DNA of 64,000 nt, taken from Candidatus Cloacimonadota bacterium (GTDB taxonomy: Bacteria > Cloacimonadota > Cloacimonadia > G963667145). Below the pieces are notes generated by a model. That model worked only from the letters and a program-made list of their open reading frames with translations, had not been told where the DNA came from and ran no database searches. The stretch is from contig OY781092.1 in NCBI GenBank assembly GCA_963676615.1, positions 1,024,001 through 1,088,000 of the forward strand. The letters are read 5' to 3'. Shown piece by piece: positions 55,238 to 64,000 of this stretch. Numbering within the stretch: the first letter of the stretch is position 1; each line of letters starts with the position of its first letter. A program made the position numbers and the translations under genes.

Positions 55238-55836
55238 AATTTTCTTTTTTTAATCATCTTATACATTTTTCTACTAGGATACGAATCAAAAACATAAAAT
55301 TCTTCATACCCCAAATTTTTATAAAAATTTACAGCCAACGCATTGTTACTAACATCTGTAGTCAATGCAATTTTTTCTACATTTTTAGCAAATAATTTCC
55401 GCTCAAATTCTCTCAACAACAACCTACCATACCCCCTCCCTTTACTGCTTGGCGAAACTGCTATTGAAAGCAATTCTCCATAATCACCAGTATCTTCCCC
55501 ATTGCCTTTTGACAGATTCAAAAACAATCTAAAAATAGCTTTTGGACGATTAAAAACAACCTTAAAAAGAGCAACCGAAAAAGAAAAAATATTCATAATC
55601 AACAGTCTCTTATGAAAGCCTTTGGAATATGCTGTCCCCACTGCAAACCCTATAACCACGCCATCATCATCTAATAGGCAAATACCTACCCCTAATCTAT
55701 TTTTAATCAGAGCCGTATAATAAACTTCTAAAAAACAATCTCCCAAAGATGTAAGAAAAAAATCCCGAAAAGCTTGTTTATGAACAGTTATAAAACCTTT
55801 CGGCAATTCTTTTTTTATCTCAACAATTTTCATCAA
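55234..55836 (-). CDS. GNAT-family N-acetyltransferase
   Basis: LLSIAV..KGRGYG..N..A..FY..LGY. Confidence 0.85.
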   Translation of the reverse strand: MMKIVEIKKELPKGFITVHKQAFRDFFLTSLGDCFLEVYYTALIKNRLGVGICLLDDDGVVIGFAVGTAYSKGFHKRLLIMNIFSFSVALFKVVFNRPKAIFRLFLNLSKGNGEDTGDYGELLSIAVSPSSKGRGYGRLLLREFERKLFAKNVEKIALTTDVSNNALAVNFYKNLGYEEFYVFDSYPSRKMYKMIKKRKL

Positions 55837-57004
55837 TTCCTTTCACATATTTATAATATTTCGTACTATTACTCTTAGTAAAATTTAAAGAAGCCAATCT
55901 TGAGTTTCTTTTAATTTTTTCTAAATATTTTTCCTCTCCTAGTAACTTATTGATAAAAATTTTCATCTTGCCAATATCATCTCCTGTAAAAACCTCTCCA
56001 CATGAATATTTTCTAATTATTTTGGCAAAATCTGTTTTTTCACTAGCAATCCCTAAAATAGGCACACCTGCCGCTAAAGCATAAAAAGTTTTACTGGGAA
56101 CTGAAGCAGATGTAGCCTCAAGAGTCAAAGTCACAACAAACAAATCCGCACAAGAAATAGAAAGAGGTAGAAGTTCAAAAGGTTGATAAGGCAAAAGTTT
56201 TAAATTTGACAGTCTTAAACACTCTTTCTCTGCCTCCACCATTTTTCTTTTATCTCCATCCCCTATAAGCAAAAACTCTATTCGTCTATCATTTTTTAGA
56301 GCAAACGCCAAATTAACAATTGCCTCAATATTATGAGTAGCTCCCATATTTCCTGAATACATAATCGTAAATTTATCCAATTGATTATGCTCAACCGCGA
56401 ATTTATTTTCATTTTTAGCAAGAGGTTTCACAAAATTTATATCAACCCAATTTTGGATGATAATAGGATTTAAATCTTCTCCATAAGTTTCAATAAGATT
56501 CGCCATAGTTTTAGCCAAAGTAAAAATATTTTCAGCTCTTTTAAATAAAATTTTATTCCCGAAACCCCAAACTTTAAAAATCATAGACCTCTCGTTTATT
56601 CCAATACTTTTTAGAGCTTCAGGATAAATATCATAAATAAGCAAATCAAATTTTTTCCCTAAAAACAGTTTAAATATTAAACCTATAAACGGCAGAAAAG
56701 CGGGAGTAGTAACCAAAAATAATCGATTCTTTCTAAAGCGAAACAAAACTTTAAAAAAAACTTGAATTGTAAAAATAAACCAAGAAATAAATCTTTCTCT
56801 AAAATTTCTTTTATTGTATTTACACCCCCAAATCACCTCTACATCTGGAGAAATTATCCCTGAAGCAGTAATTTCTCCTGTGATTAGAACAACTTTTTCT
56901 CCTCTTTTAGCAAAATCATTTACAATGTCCGCAAACAAAGTTCCCGTCACCTGGTTAACAAAAATTATTTCTTCCACAATATCTTTTTGCAAGTTTGCCT
57001 CCAC
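55820..57004 (-). CDS. GT4 glycosyltransferase
   Basis: DIYPE, YSGNMG, IGDG and VPSK. Confidence 0.88.
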   Translation of the reverse strand: MEANLQKDIVEEIIFVNQVTGTLFADIVNDFAKRGEKVVLITGEITASGIISPDVEVIWGCKYNKRNFRERFISWFIFTIQVFFKVLFRFRKNRLFLVTTPAFLPFIGLIFKLFLGKKFDLLIYDIYPEALKSIGINERSMIFKVWGFGNKILFKRAENIFTLAKTMANLIETYGEDLNPIIIQNWVDINFVKPLAKNENKFAVEHNQLDKFTIMYSGNMGATHNIEAIVNLAFALKNDRRIEFLLIGDGDKRKMVEAEKECLRLSNLKLLPYQPFELLPLSISCADLFVVTLTLEATSASVPSKTFYALAAGVPILGIASEKTDFAKIIRKYSCGEVFTGDDIGKMKIFINKLLGEEKYLEKIKRNSRLASLNFTKSNSTKYYKYVKGIDENC

Positions 57005-57203
57005 AATATTTGAAAATTATATACTTCATTGAATGTCGTTCGATTATATAATAACAAGAAGTTTGCCCTTCCTCATTCAGCCTTAATCTAAATTTTAGAA
57101 ACAACCTCGTAAAGTGATTTAACCCACGACATCCCCCCAATTAAATACAAAAAAATAGCTTCAGATAATTTCCTTACTAACATTTAGGGCAAAAACTAAA
57201 ATA

Positions 57204-58364
57204 TTAAACATTTTCCAATCTTTTTTTGCAATCTTTTTTTACAAAATCGTGAGCTATTATCATAAGTAAAATCAAGACACAAGTTCCTGAAGTAAAATAT
57301 GGATTAGAACCTGAATTAATAACTATAGACAAATAAGTCAATCCTAAGCAAAAAAAGACTTTATTTTTTCTATTATTATAAATAATTGTCAAAGGGTAAA
57401 CAATTATAAAAAAGAAAAATATAAATGAACCTAGACACCCATAAGTAAATAACCAATAGATATATAGATTCTCTACTAAAGGATCTGATCCTCTAAGAGT
57501 AAACTCATAACCTACTCCATATCCCCAAAAACTTATATTTTTTTTAAGAAAATCGTATTGAGTTGCCTTAATTGAGATAGAAGTATTTTTGTAAGCTAAA
57601 AAATTACCTATCTCATGGTAAAGCAAAAAAGCTATCACTCCCAAAATTAATAATATTATGAACTTATTTTTAGCAATTATTCTAACATGAAAGAAAAAAC
57701 ATATAACAAAATACGACACAAACATTGAAATAGATCTAGCCAAAACAATATTAATTAAGAGGATTAAATGTATTAACAAACTTTTCAACTTGTGTTTTTT
57801 ATCAACAAACAATAATAAAAAAGGGAAAAATATTGCAAATGAATCCCAAATCCTTCTAAAAGTTCCGTGCTTAATTGCAACTAGGTCTGTATGCTCTCTT
57901 AAGAATTTAAAAATATTTAAAAAAAAGCCTACATCTAAATTAGCGCCCAAAGCTAAAAAAGAAAATACACAAAATTTAATTAGAATAGCCCATGAAAATA
58001 TTTTAACTAAATTTTCGTCACGATTAAACTTAGACAAATAGCATAAAACAGGAAAAACTAAGAACATTATAAGATATCTAGACACCAACATTGAGTAATC
58101 AATTCTACCATTTTTCAATAACCCAAGTAAAATATAAAAACTTTGGAAAGCAAAAAGACCAACAATAAAAAGAGAACTTTTCTCAATTTGAAAATACTTT
58201 TTTTTGTTTAACAAAAAATATGCTACTACCGCTATTGGAATTAACACAAAATATAAGCTTTTCACAAAAACAAAAATTTTTGAATAAACAGACAGAATAA
58301 AATATAACGCCACAAGAGCTTGCAGCAAAAGCCCTAAATTTTTATCTATTCTCCTTATTGCCAT
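57204..58364 (-). CDS. Putative O-antigen polymerase/ligase (Wzy-like)
   Basis: Very hydrophobic multi-TM protein with GYGVG...ENLY loop, inside the polysaccharide locus. Confidence 0.65.
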   Translation of the reverse strand: MAIRRIDKNLGLLLQALVALYFILSVYSKIFVFVKSLYFVLIPIAVVAYFLLNKKKYFQIEKSSLFIVGLFAFQSFYILLGLLKNGRIDYSMLVSRYLIMFLVFPVLCYLSKFNRDENLVKIFSWAILIKFCVFSFLALGANLDVGFFLNIFKFLREHTDLVAIKHGTFRRIWDSFAIFFPFLLLFVDKKHKLKSLLIHLILLINIVLARSISMFVSYFVICFFFHVRIIAKNKFIILLILGVIAFLLYHEIGNFLAYKNTSISIKATQYDFLKKNISFWGYGVGYEFTLRGSDPLVENLYIYWLFTYGCLGSFIFFFFIIVYPLTIIYNNRKNKVFFCLGLTYLSIVINSGSNPYFTSGTCVLILLMIIAHDFVKKDCKKRLENV

Positions 58365-59176
58365 TCAGTTGCACCTTTTTTAAAATTTAAAAATAAGTTT
58401 CTTGCTTTAAAATAAAAAAAAGACGAAAATGGCATCTTCGAAAGAAAAAATTTTAAAAGTTGAGAAAAATAAATATTCCTTGAATAATCTCCAAAATATT
58501 TAATTTGCGTCTTTTTGACTTCCCTTGCTTGCTCTAAAGCAACATTCAATCCGCTAGACAACCCATCTTGAACAAAGTAAGCTAGTTTTAAATTAACATC
58601 AACATTAAATTTAAACCCCTCATAATAAGCTTTCACAAAAAAATTATAATCTGCCGTATATTTATAATCAAGATCATAATTTCCGATTCTTTTAAAAACA
58701 TCTTTCGCAATCAAACTACTTTGATGTGGCACAACATCATCTTTATTAAATTTTGAATTTTGGAGACTAAATTCTCTAGAAACTGCAGGGTGCAATTTAG
58801 CTGTTAAAGGAAAGTAATCAAAGACAAAAATATCAGCTTTATGAGATGCATCCCTTATAACCTTTTCAAAACTCTCTCTTACAAACATATCTCCAGAATT
58901 CATGAAATTAAGATATTGACCCTTAGCAAGACCAATGCCTTTATTCATCCCGTCAAAAATTCCCTTATCTGGCTCACTTACCCACAAAATATTATCTTGC
59001 TTTGGCAGACTTTGTAAAATTTCCAAAGTCCCATCGTTAGAAGCCGCATCCACTATTATCCATTGGCAATTATTCGGTAAAGGCAAAATAGAATCTCGAG
59101 TTCTCTCTAACCCTAACCTGTTATTATATGATACCGTTATAATAGATAAATAATATTTTTTACTATTTTTTTGCAT
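58355..59176 (-). CDS. GT2 glycosyltransferase (WcaE-like)
   Basis: SIITVSYN, SEPDKGIFDGMNKG and MNSGD. Confidence 0.88.
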   Translation of the reverse strand: MQKNSKKYYLSIITVSYNNRLGLERTRDSILPLPNNCQWIIVDAASNDGTLEILQSLPKQDNILWVSEPDKGIFDGMNKGIGLAKGQYLNFMNSGDMFVRESFEKVIRDASHKADIFVFDYFPLTAKLHPAVSREFSLQNSKFNKDDVVPHQSSLIAKDVFKRIGNYDLDYKYTADYNFFVKAYYEGFKFNVDVNLKLAYFVQDGLSSGLNVALEQAREVKKTQIKYFGDYSRNIYFSQLLKFFLSKMPFSSFFYFKARNLFLNFKKGATEWQ

Positions 59177-60020
59177 TTCTTTTTAAAATTTCTTCTATCT
59201 TTTCTTCAGCCTCTGTAGATTTAAACATCATTTTTTTAAAAATCTTTTTCAGCCTAATTTTCCTTGAAAAATTCAATAAATATTTTTGATAACTAAACCC
59301 GTATTTTTGTAAATAATATTTCGTAGAATTTTGCCAATCCAAAATTCTGCTCTCAGGCACAACTGTAGTATGCCCTTCCAAATGAACTATTCTTCTATTA
59401 AAAATCTTTACTTTTTTTCTCGACAATCGCCTAATCAAATCAGGTTCTTCGTTACACAGAAATATTTTTTCATCAAACATGCCAGCCTTCATAAAATCTT
59501 CTTTTCTCACAACGATATCTGCTCCCCAAGGAAAAATAAACTTATATAAAGGCCAAAAATTTATAAACCTAGCAAGCAATTTCTTTAAAATCCAATTAAA
59601 AAAAGAGTATTCAGGGAAAATGCCAAAAGTTTCGTTCGGATTAAAATTCATATCCACAAGCCTAAAGCCCGCACAACCTAACCTTTTATTTTCAAATTCC
59701 CCCAACATAAATTTGAAAATAGGCTCAATTAAAATCGTATCTGGATTAAGAAAAAAAAATATTTCCCCTTTTGCTTTTTTTGCCCCAATATTATTGCCTT
59801 GCCCAAAACCTCCATTTTGAGGATTATGAATCATTTTGATGTCTAAATTTAAATTTAACCTTTTAACAAAATCTTCTATTTCAAATTTTGGAGAATTGTC
59901 TACAATAATAATTTCAAGTTCATTGCCAATATCATTAAATTTTTGAATAGATTGAAGGCAATCTTTTATAACCGTTTGGCTATTATAAGTAACAATAATT
60001 ATAGAAAGTTCTTTTTTCAT
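59163..60020 (-). CDS. GT2 glycosyltransferase (rhamnosyltransferase-like)
   Basis: SIIIVTYN, VDN, N.GFGQGNN and LNPD. Confidence 0.88.
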   Translation of the reverse strand: MKKELSIIIVTYNSQTVIKDCLQSIQKFNDIGNELEIIIVDNSPKFEIEDFVKRLNLNLDIKMIHNPQNGGFGQGNNIGAKKAKGEIFFFLNPDTILIEPIFKFMLGEFENKRLGCAGFRLVDMNFNPNETFGIFPEYSFFNWILKKLLARFINFWPLYKFIFPWGADIVVRKEDFMKAGMFDEKIFLCNEEPDLIRRLSRKKVKIFNRRIVHLEGHTTVVPESRILDWQNSTKYYLQKYGFSYQKYLLNFSRKIRLKKIFKKMMFKSTEAEEKIEEILKRNAKK

Positions 60021-62743
60021 TTGACACTACCATTGTTTTTATTATTAACTACTCCAAACACAATCAACATGGCTAAACCTATGAAAGACAAAGCGATAGA
60101 AAAATCAAGCCCTTTAGGTATATATTTCAAAATTATCGTATGCTCCCCTATGCCTATCATAACACCTGAGAAACCAATATTAGCTCTTACCAATTTCTTC
60201 TCTACGCCATCGACATACAATTTCCAATTGCCATCATATAATATAGGGAAAAACAACATCCCTTTTTCTTCGACTTTAATAGTTCCTGAAATTAAGTCAT
60301 CATTAAAATTTTTTATATTCAAACTTTGATAATCATTAAATGTAAATGAGTCTTTTTTAGATTTATGATAACTAAAATTTATATTTTTTAACGCCATCCC
60401 TTCGGACAATTTATTGATAGGATCAATCCTCAACCCACTCATCGATCGATCACTGAAAATATGAAAAGTATAATCATTCCACCCTTTAATTACAGAAAAT
60501 TTTTCTACATAGTTATTATCAAACACACCAATTTCTTTCCCACTACGAAGCGTAACTCTTCCTTCTTCGACCCACCTAATTTCACCTTTCCCATTGTATT
60601 CTGAATACAAATCAAAACTAAGCTTAAAATTAGTCAAATGAGTATTATTAAGACTAAAATAAAATATTGGATCTCTATTTAATGAATTAAAAAAGATTTT
60701 TTCTTTCTCTTTTTTCGTCACTAATATATTTTCAACACTGTATAATATAAGTTTTTTACTTCTATAAGGATAAGAAATAGTATCAATAAAATCAGATTTT
60801 TTGCTATTACTATCACCTGGCGAGATAACAACAAATTTATTCAAATTTATCAGACCTTGACGCATACTTTTCCCAATTGTATTAAAATCTCTTTCGGCAA
60901 TATATTTTCTAAAAACCGTTCCAAAAGGGATGAAATTTTTATTTTTATATATAAATGTGTTATTTATTTTTTTATAAAAAACAAAATTCGGAGAATTTAA
61001 TTCATTAAGTGATAAATAATACTTAACCCCTAACATATTAGCAATCCCCATATTCCCCATCTCCCAAGACATTTCTGAATGACTACTCGTATCTCCAATA
61101 GAGAAAAATCTATTAAACCTCATTAACGATGCAGAATGTATTGGCAAATACCCTGTCAAACCATTATAACCCTGAACTATGGCATCATTTAAAGATAGAC
61201 TTTTGTATAATTTGTGAATTCTAAAAAATTTCGTAGTATCAGTTGAATTGATATAATCTATTGCTTCACTCGTTCCATCTTTGTACTCATCATCAACAGA
61301 AAGTTGCCTATTATCAATTGAGATTTTCCCAAAGACTATTAATTCAGAAATAACCAGCAGAATTAAAATAATATTTCGATATTTATTTCTAGCTAAAATT
61401 TCAAAATATAGGAAATAAACAAAAATAAACAAATAACCTAAAATTAAGACCACATATTCGATTCTTGTTCGAACAGAATAGTATCTAATTAAAGCAGCAA
61501 AAGTTAAAATGAAAACCAAAAATATTGAAGATAGTTTGACTGACCTTAAAGGGTGTTCTTCAAATTTTGTTAAAGCCTTACCCAAACCAACAAGAGCTAC
61601 AATATTAAATAAATAACATGATCTATAATCCACATTTTTGTAGAATAAAACCAAAGCAGAATTAAAAAACGAATTATATAAAAATAAAAACGATAAGATT
61701 ATCACAAATGTAACTAATATTTTTTCTCTACATTTTGACTTGTAATACAAAAAAGGAAGTAATATAAGACTTAAAATTCCTGAATACAAAATTGGTTCTT
61801 CATAGTAATTAAATCCATTTGCTTGAACAAATTTATTTCCACATCCTATAATATCTGCAGAAAATAGTCGCAAAATACCTGAAGAAAATAATTGGGAAAA
61901 ATGCGGTACAAAATTTATGATGTCACCTAAATTGAAAGAGTTTACCCCAGAGCGCGGAGAAACTCTAACAACATTCATAAAAAAAGGCAACCACGATATT
62001 GAAGAGATTAGGATGGAAATGGAAAAAATAACAAACAGTTTAAACATATAGTAAAAAAAATATTTCAGCCTAAATTTTTCACATAAGTATATATATTTTA
62101 TTATTGAATATAATACAATAAAAATATACATCTTTATCGCAAAATACATTGAAAAAAAAGATATAATAGAAATTGCCAGAATTAGTCCTACAACTTTTCT
62201 CTGAAAATACCATCGTTCAAACATCCACAACAAAAAAGCAGAATAAACAATAGCTGAACCAAATTGATAATGCTGTCCCCAAACAACCATGTAACCAGAA
62301 AAAGAGTATAATAAGGCCAACAAAAAAGAAATTTTTGAATTAAATTTTAGAAGAAAAGCATATCTGTAAAAAAAAATCCCTGCAAGTATATGTTTAACAA
62401 GCATTACATAAACAAGAGAGTCACGAAGATTTTCTTGACCTAAGATTATGGAGAGCCAACTAAAAATATCAAACAAATACAAATTTTGTAATACATTACC
62501 GCCCATAGCCAATTTAAAGGAATACCAAGAAGGATTTTTTATTAAATTAATGATTTGATAAAAAAAAGGTATATTCACATGATTAGTATCTGACCCAATA
62601 TCGTTAAAAACATAATATTGATGTCCAAATAATATCTTAGAATATATTACCAAAAAACAGCAAATTATTGACATTATAAGATAAAAAAGAGGGTACTTGG
62701 AAAAACTATATTTAGTCGAAAAATCCCTTCTTTTGATTTTCAC
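60017..62743 (-). CDS. YfhO-family membrane protein (GT-C-type glycosyltransferase)
   Basis: Multi-TM N-terminal half, YSFSGY, LGVKY, YDGNW..YVDG and GEHTI..Y.P. Confidence 0.82.
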   Translation of the reverse strand: MKIKRRDFSTKYSFSKYPLFYLIMSIICCFLVIYSKILFGHQYYVFNDIGSDTNHVNIPFFYQIINLIKNPSWYSFKLAMGGNVLQNLYLFDIFSWLSIILGQENLRDSLVYVMLVKHILAGIFFYRYAFLLKFNSKISFLLALLYSFSGYMVVWGQHYQFGSAIVYSAFLLWMFERWYFQRKVVGLILAISIISFFSMYFAIKMYIFIVLYSIIKYIYLCEKFRLKYFFYYMFKLFVIFSISILISSISWLPFFMNVVRVSPRSGVNSFNLGDIINFVPHFSQLFSSGILRLFSADIIGCGNKFVQANGFNYYEEPILYSGILSLILLPFLYYKSKCREKILVTFVIILSFLFLYNSFFNSALVLFYKNVDYRSCYLFNIVALVGLGKALTKFEEHPLRSVKLSSIFLVFILTFAALIRYYSVRTRIEYVVLILGYLFIFVYFLYFEILARNKYRNIILILLVISELIVFGKISIDNRQLSVDDEYKDGTSEAIDYINSTDTTKFFRIHKLYKSLSLNDAIVQGYNGLTGYLPIHSASLMRFNRFFSIGDTSSHSEMSWEMGNMGIANMLGVKYYLSLNELNSPNFVFYKKINNTFIYKNKNFIPFGTVFRKYIAERDFNTIGKSMRQGLINLNKFVVISPGDSNSKKSDFIDTISYPYRSKKLILYSVENILVTKKEKEKIFFNSLNRDPIFYFSLNNTHLTNFKLSFDLYSEYNGKGEIRWVEEGRVTLRSGKEIGVFDNNYVEKFSVIKGWNDYTFHIFSDRSMSGLRIDPINKLSEGMALKNINFSYHKSKKDSFTFNDYQSLNIKNFNDDLISGTIKVEEKGMLFFPILYDGNWKLYVDGVEKKLVRANIGFSGVMIGIGEHTIILKYIPKGLDFSIALSFIGLAMLIVFGVVNNKNNGSVK

Positions 62744-63459
62744 TACTTAATCCCCACTATAAAAATAGATTGCGACCAACATCTTAGAAATGGCATTTTT
62801 TCAATTATATCTCCAGCATAGATAAAAAATCCAACTAATATTTTAGGTGTTACGGGAAGTAAAAAATCCAAAAATTTAATCTTTATTTTCCTAAAACATA
62901 CTTTTCGCAATTTATTTTTAATATCCTTACTGGTAAAAGCCATCTCTTCAAATTCTAAATTTGCCAACTTCCTAAAAACCCGAAACTTAAAAATCAAAAA
63001 AACATAAGGATTATATAAGTTAGGCTCCCAAAATATTACTTTGCCTCCGTCCTTCAGTAAGCCTCTAATAGACTCTAACGAGTTGTCAATACTATAGTAT
63101 AGATGGTGTAGAATTCCATCTCCTATTATATAATCAAATTTTTCTGTATTAGCAAAATCATTTATTTTATTGAAATCTTTAACCTGAAAACTTAAATTAT
63201 TTCTTTGATATTTATTACTAGCTTCCTTTATGAACTTTTTAGAAATATCAATCCCTAAGACTTCAAAATTTGAATTTTGTGCAATATAATTACACATTTC
63301 CCCTGTACTACATCCAATTTCGAGAACTCTAGTTTTTTTCTCAGATTTTAGTTCCATTTCTGATAAAGCCCTATCCCATCTCCTTTTGCTCCTTACCCAC
63401 CAAGTTTGATTTTTTTTAAATCCTTGGTTGAATCCTCTTTCGTCTTTAATAGAAGTCAT
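62743..63459 (-). CDS. Class I SAM-dependent methyltransferase
   Basis: VLEIGCSTG, GIDIS, ILHH and EPN. Start may be 63459 or 63486. Confidence 0.85.
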   Translation of the reverse strand: MTSIKDERGFNQGFKKNQTWWVRSKRRWDRALSEMELKSEKKTRVLEIGCSTGEMCNYIAQNSNFEVLGIDISKKFIKEASNKYQRNNLSFQVKDFNKINDFANTEKFDYIIGDGILHHLYYSIDNSLESIRGLLKDGGKVIFWEPNLYNPYVFLIFKFRVFRKLANLEFEEMAFTSKDIKNKLRKVCFRKIKIKFLDFLLPVTPKILVGFFIYAGDIIEKMPFLRCWSQSIFIVGIK

Positions 63460-63705
63460 ATTGCCCCTTTCTACTTTGAATGCCATAAAATATTAAAACA
63501 TCATCATTAAACCGAATTTTATCCTTAAAGTTAAAGAGCATATATATCAACACCATTTTTTGAAATTGCCAACAAGAAATCCATGGTAACACATCGCCAG
63601 AATTACATTCAATATTTTTGCTCCATATCCAAGGAGCCAGTAAATAATAAAAGTTGTGTTAGCTTATTTTTTTTTAAATTAATCATATTAATGCAAAGGA
63701 AACCA

Positions 63706-64000
63706 TCATTTTTTTACTCCGAAACTACCTATTTCTTCTCTATCCTCAACTCTTCTTCCTCTATGAATTACCTGAGAACGAATAAAAACTGGGCGACCTT
63801 TAGCTTCTTGAAAAATTTTTATTATATATTCTCCTATTAATGAAACTGCAAATAGATTTATTCCTCCAAAAAATAGAATCAATACTATTATAGTAGGTAC
63901 TCCATGAGGTATGTTCGGGAAAAGAAAACTTGCAACCACTTGATATAGTATAGCTAAAAATGAAACTCCTGTCAATAACACACCTAAGAAAGTAAGCATC
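63706..64000 (-). CDS. C-terminus of a GtrB/ArnC-like polyprenol-phosphate glycosyltransferase (partial)
   Basis: Two TM helices followed by IGEYI..I..E.K.RP. Confidence 0.8.
   Translation of the reverse strand, partial: MLTFLGVLLTGVSFLAILYQVVASFLFPNIPHGVPTIIVLILFFGGINLFAVSLIGEYIIKIFQEAKGRPVFIRSQVIHRGRRVEDREEIGSFGVKK

Noticed and set aside
63490..63705. Possible small gene (e.g. GtrA-like) between the GtrB-like gene and the methyltransferase
   Set aside because: Only short interrupted frames on the minus strand and no supportable motif.

Overview
Bacterial chromosome segment from a diderm (TolC and other outer-membrane proteins). The gene set is compatible with Candidatus Cloacimonadota or a relative, but that placement is only a weak inference. 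The backbone is housekeeping: ileS 5' end, tsaB, tadA, hflKC, pyrG, hrcA, dnaX, dxs, murC-murB-ftsQ-ftsA-ftsZ-coaD, radical SAM genes, infB-ylxR-nusA, an acyl-CoA synthetase, an RND efflux operon and an AT-rich surface-polysaccharide locus. Two AT-rich islands (~248-5920 and ~32759-37590) stand out. Each opens with the same TTGACA-containing leader and contains integron-like GTTAG core sites and attC-like sites, yet no integrase gene is in the window. One carries a herA-nurA-DNA methyltransferase operon and the other an Avs2-like STAND ATPase. In both, the cargo genes are tightly bracketed by direct copies of an ~80-bp structured motif (CACATT-stem-loop-stem-AAAGAG) whose stems covary. I do not recognise this motif, and it is the best candidate here for an undescribed system. 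An intact IS256-family element and stacked IS remnants are also present. No rRNA, tRNA or CRISPR array was seen.
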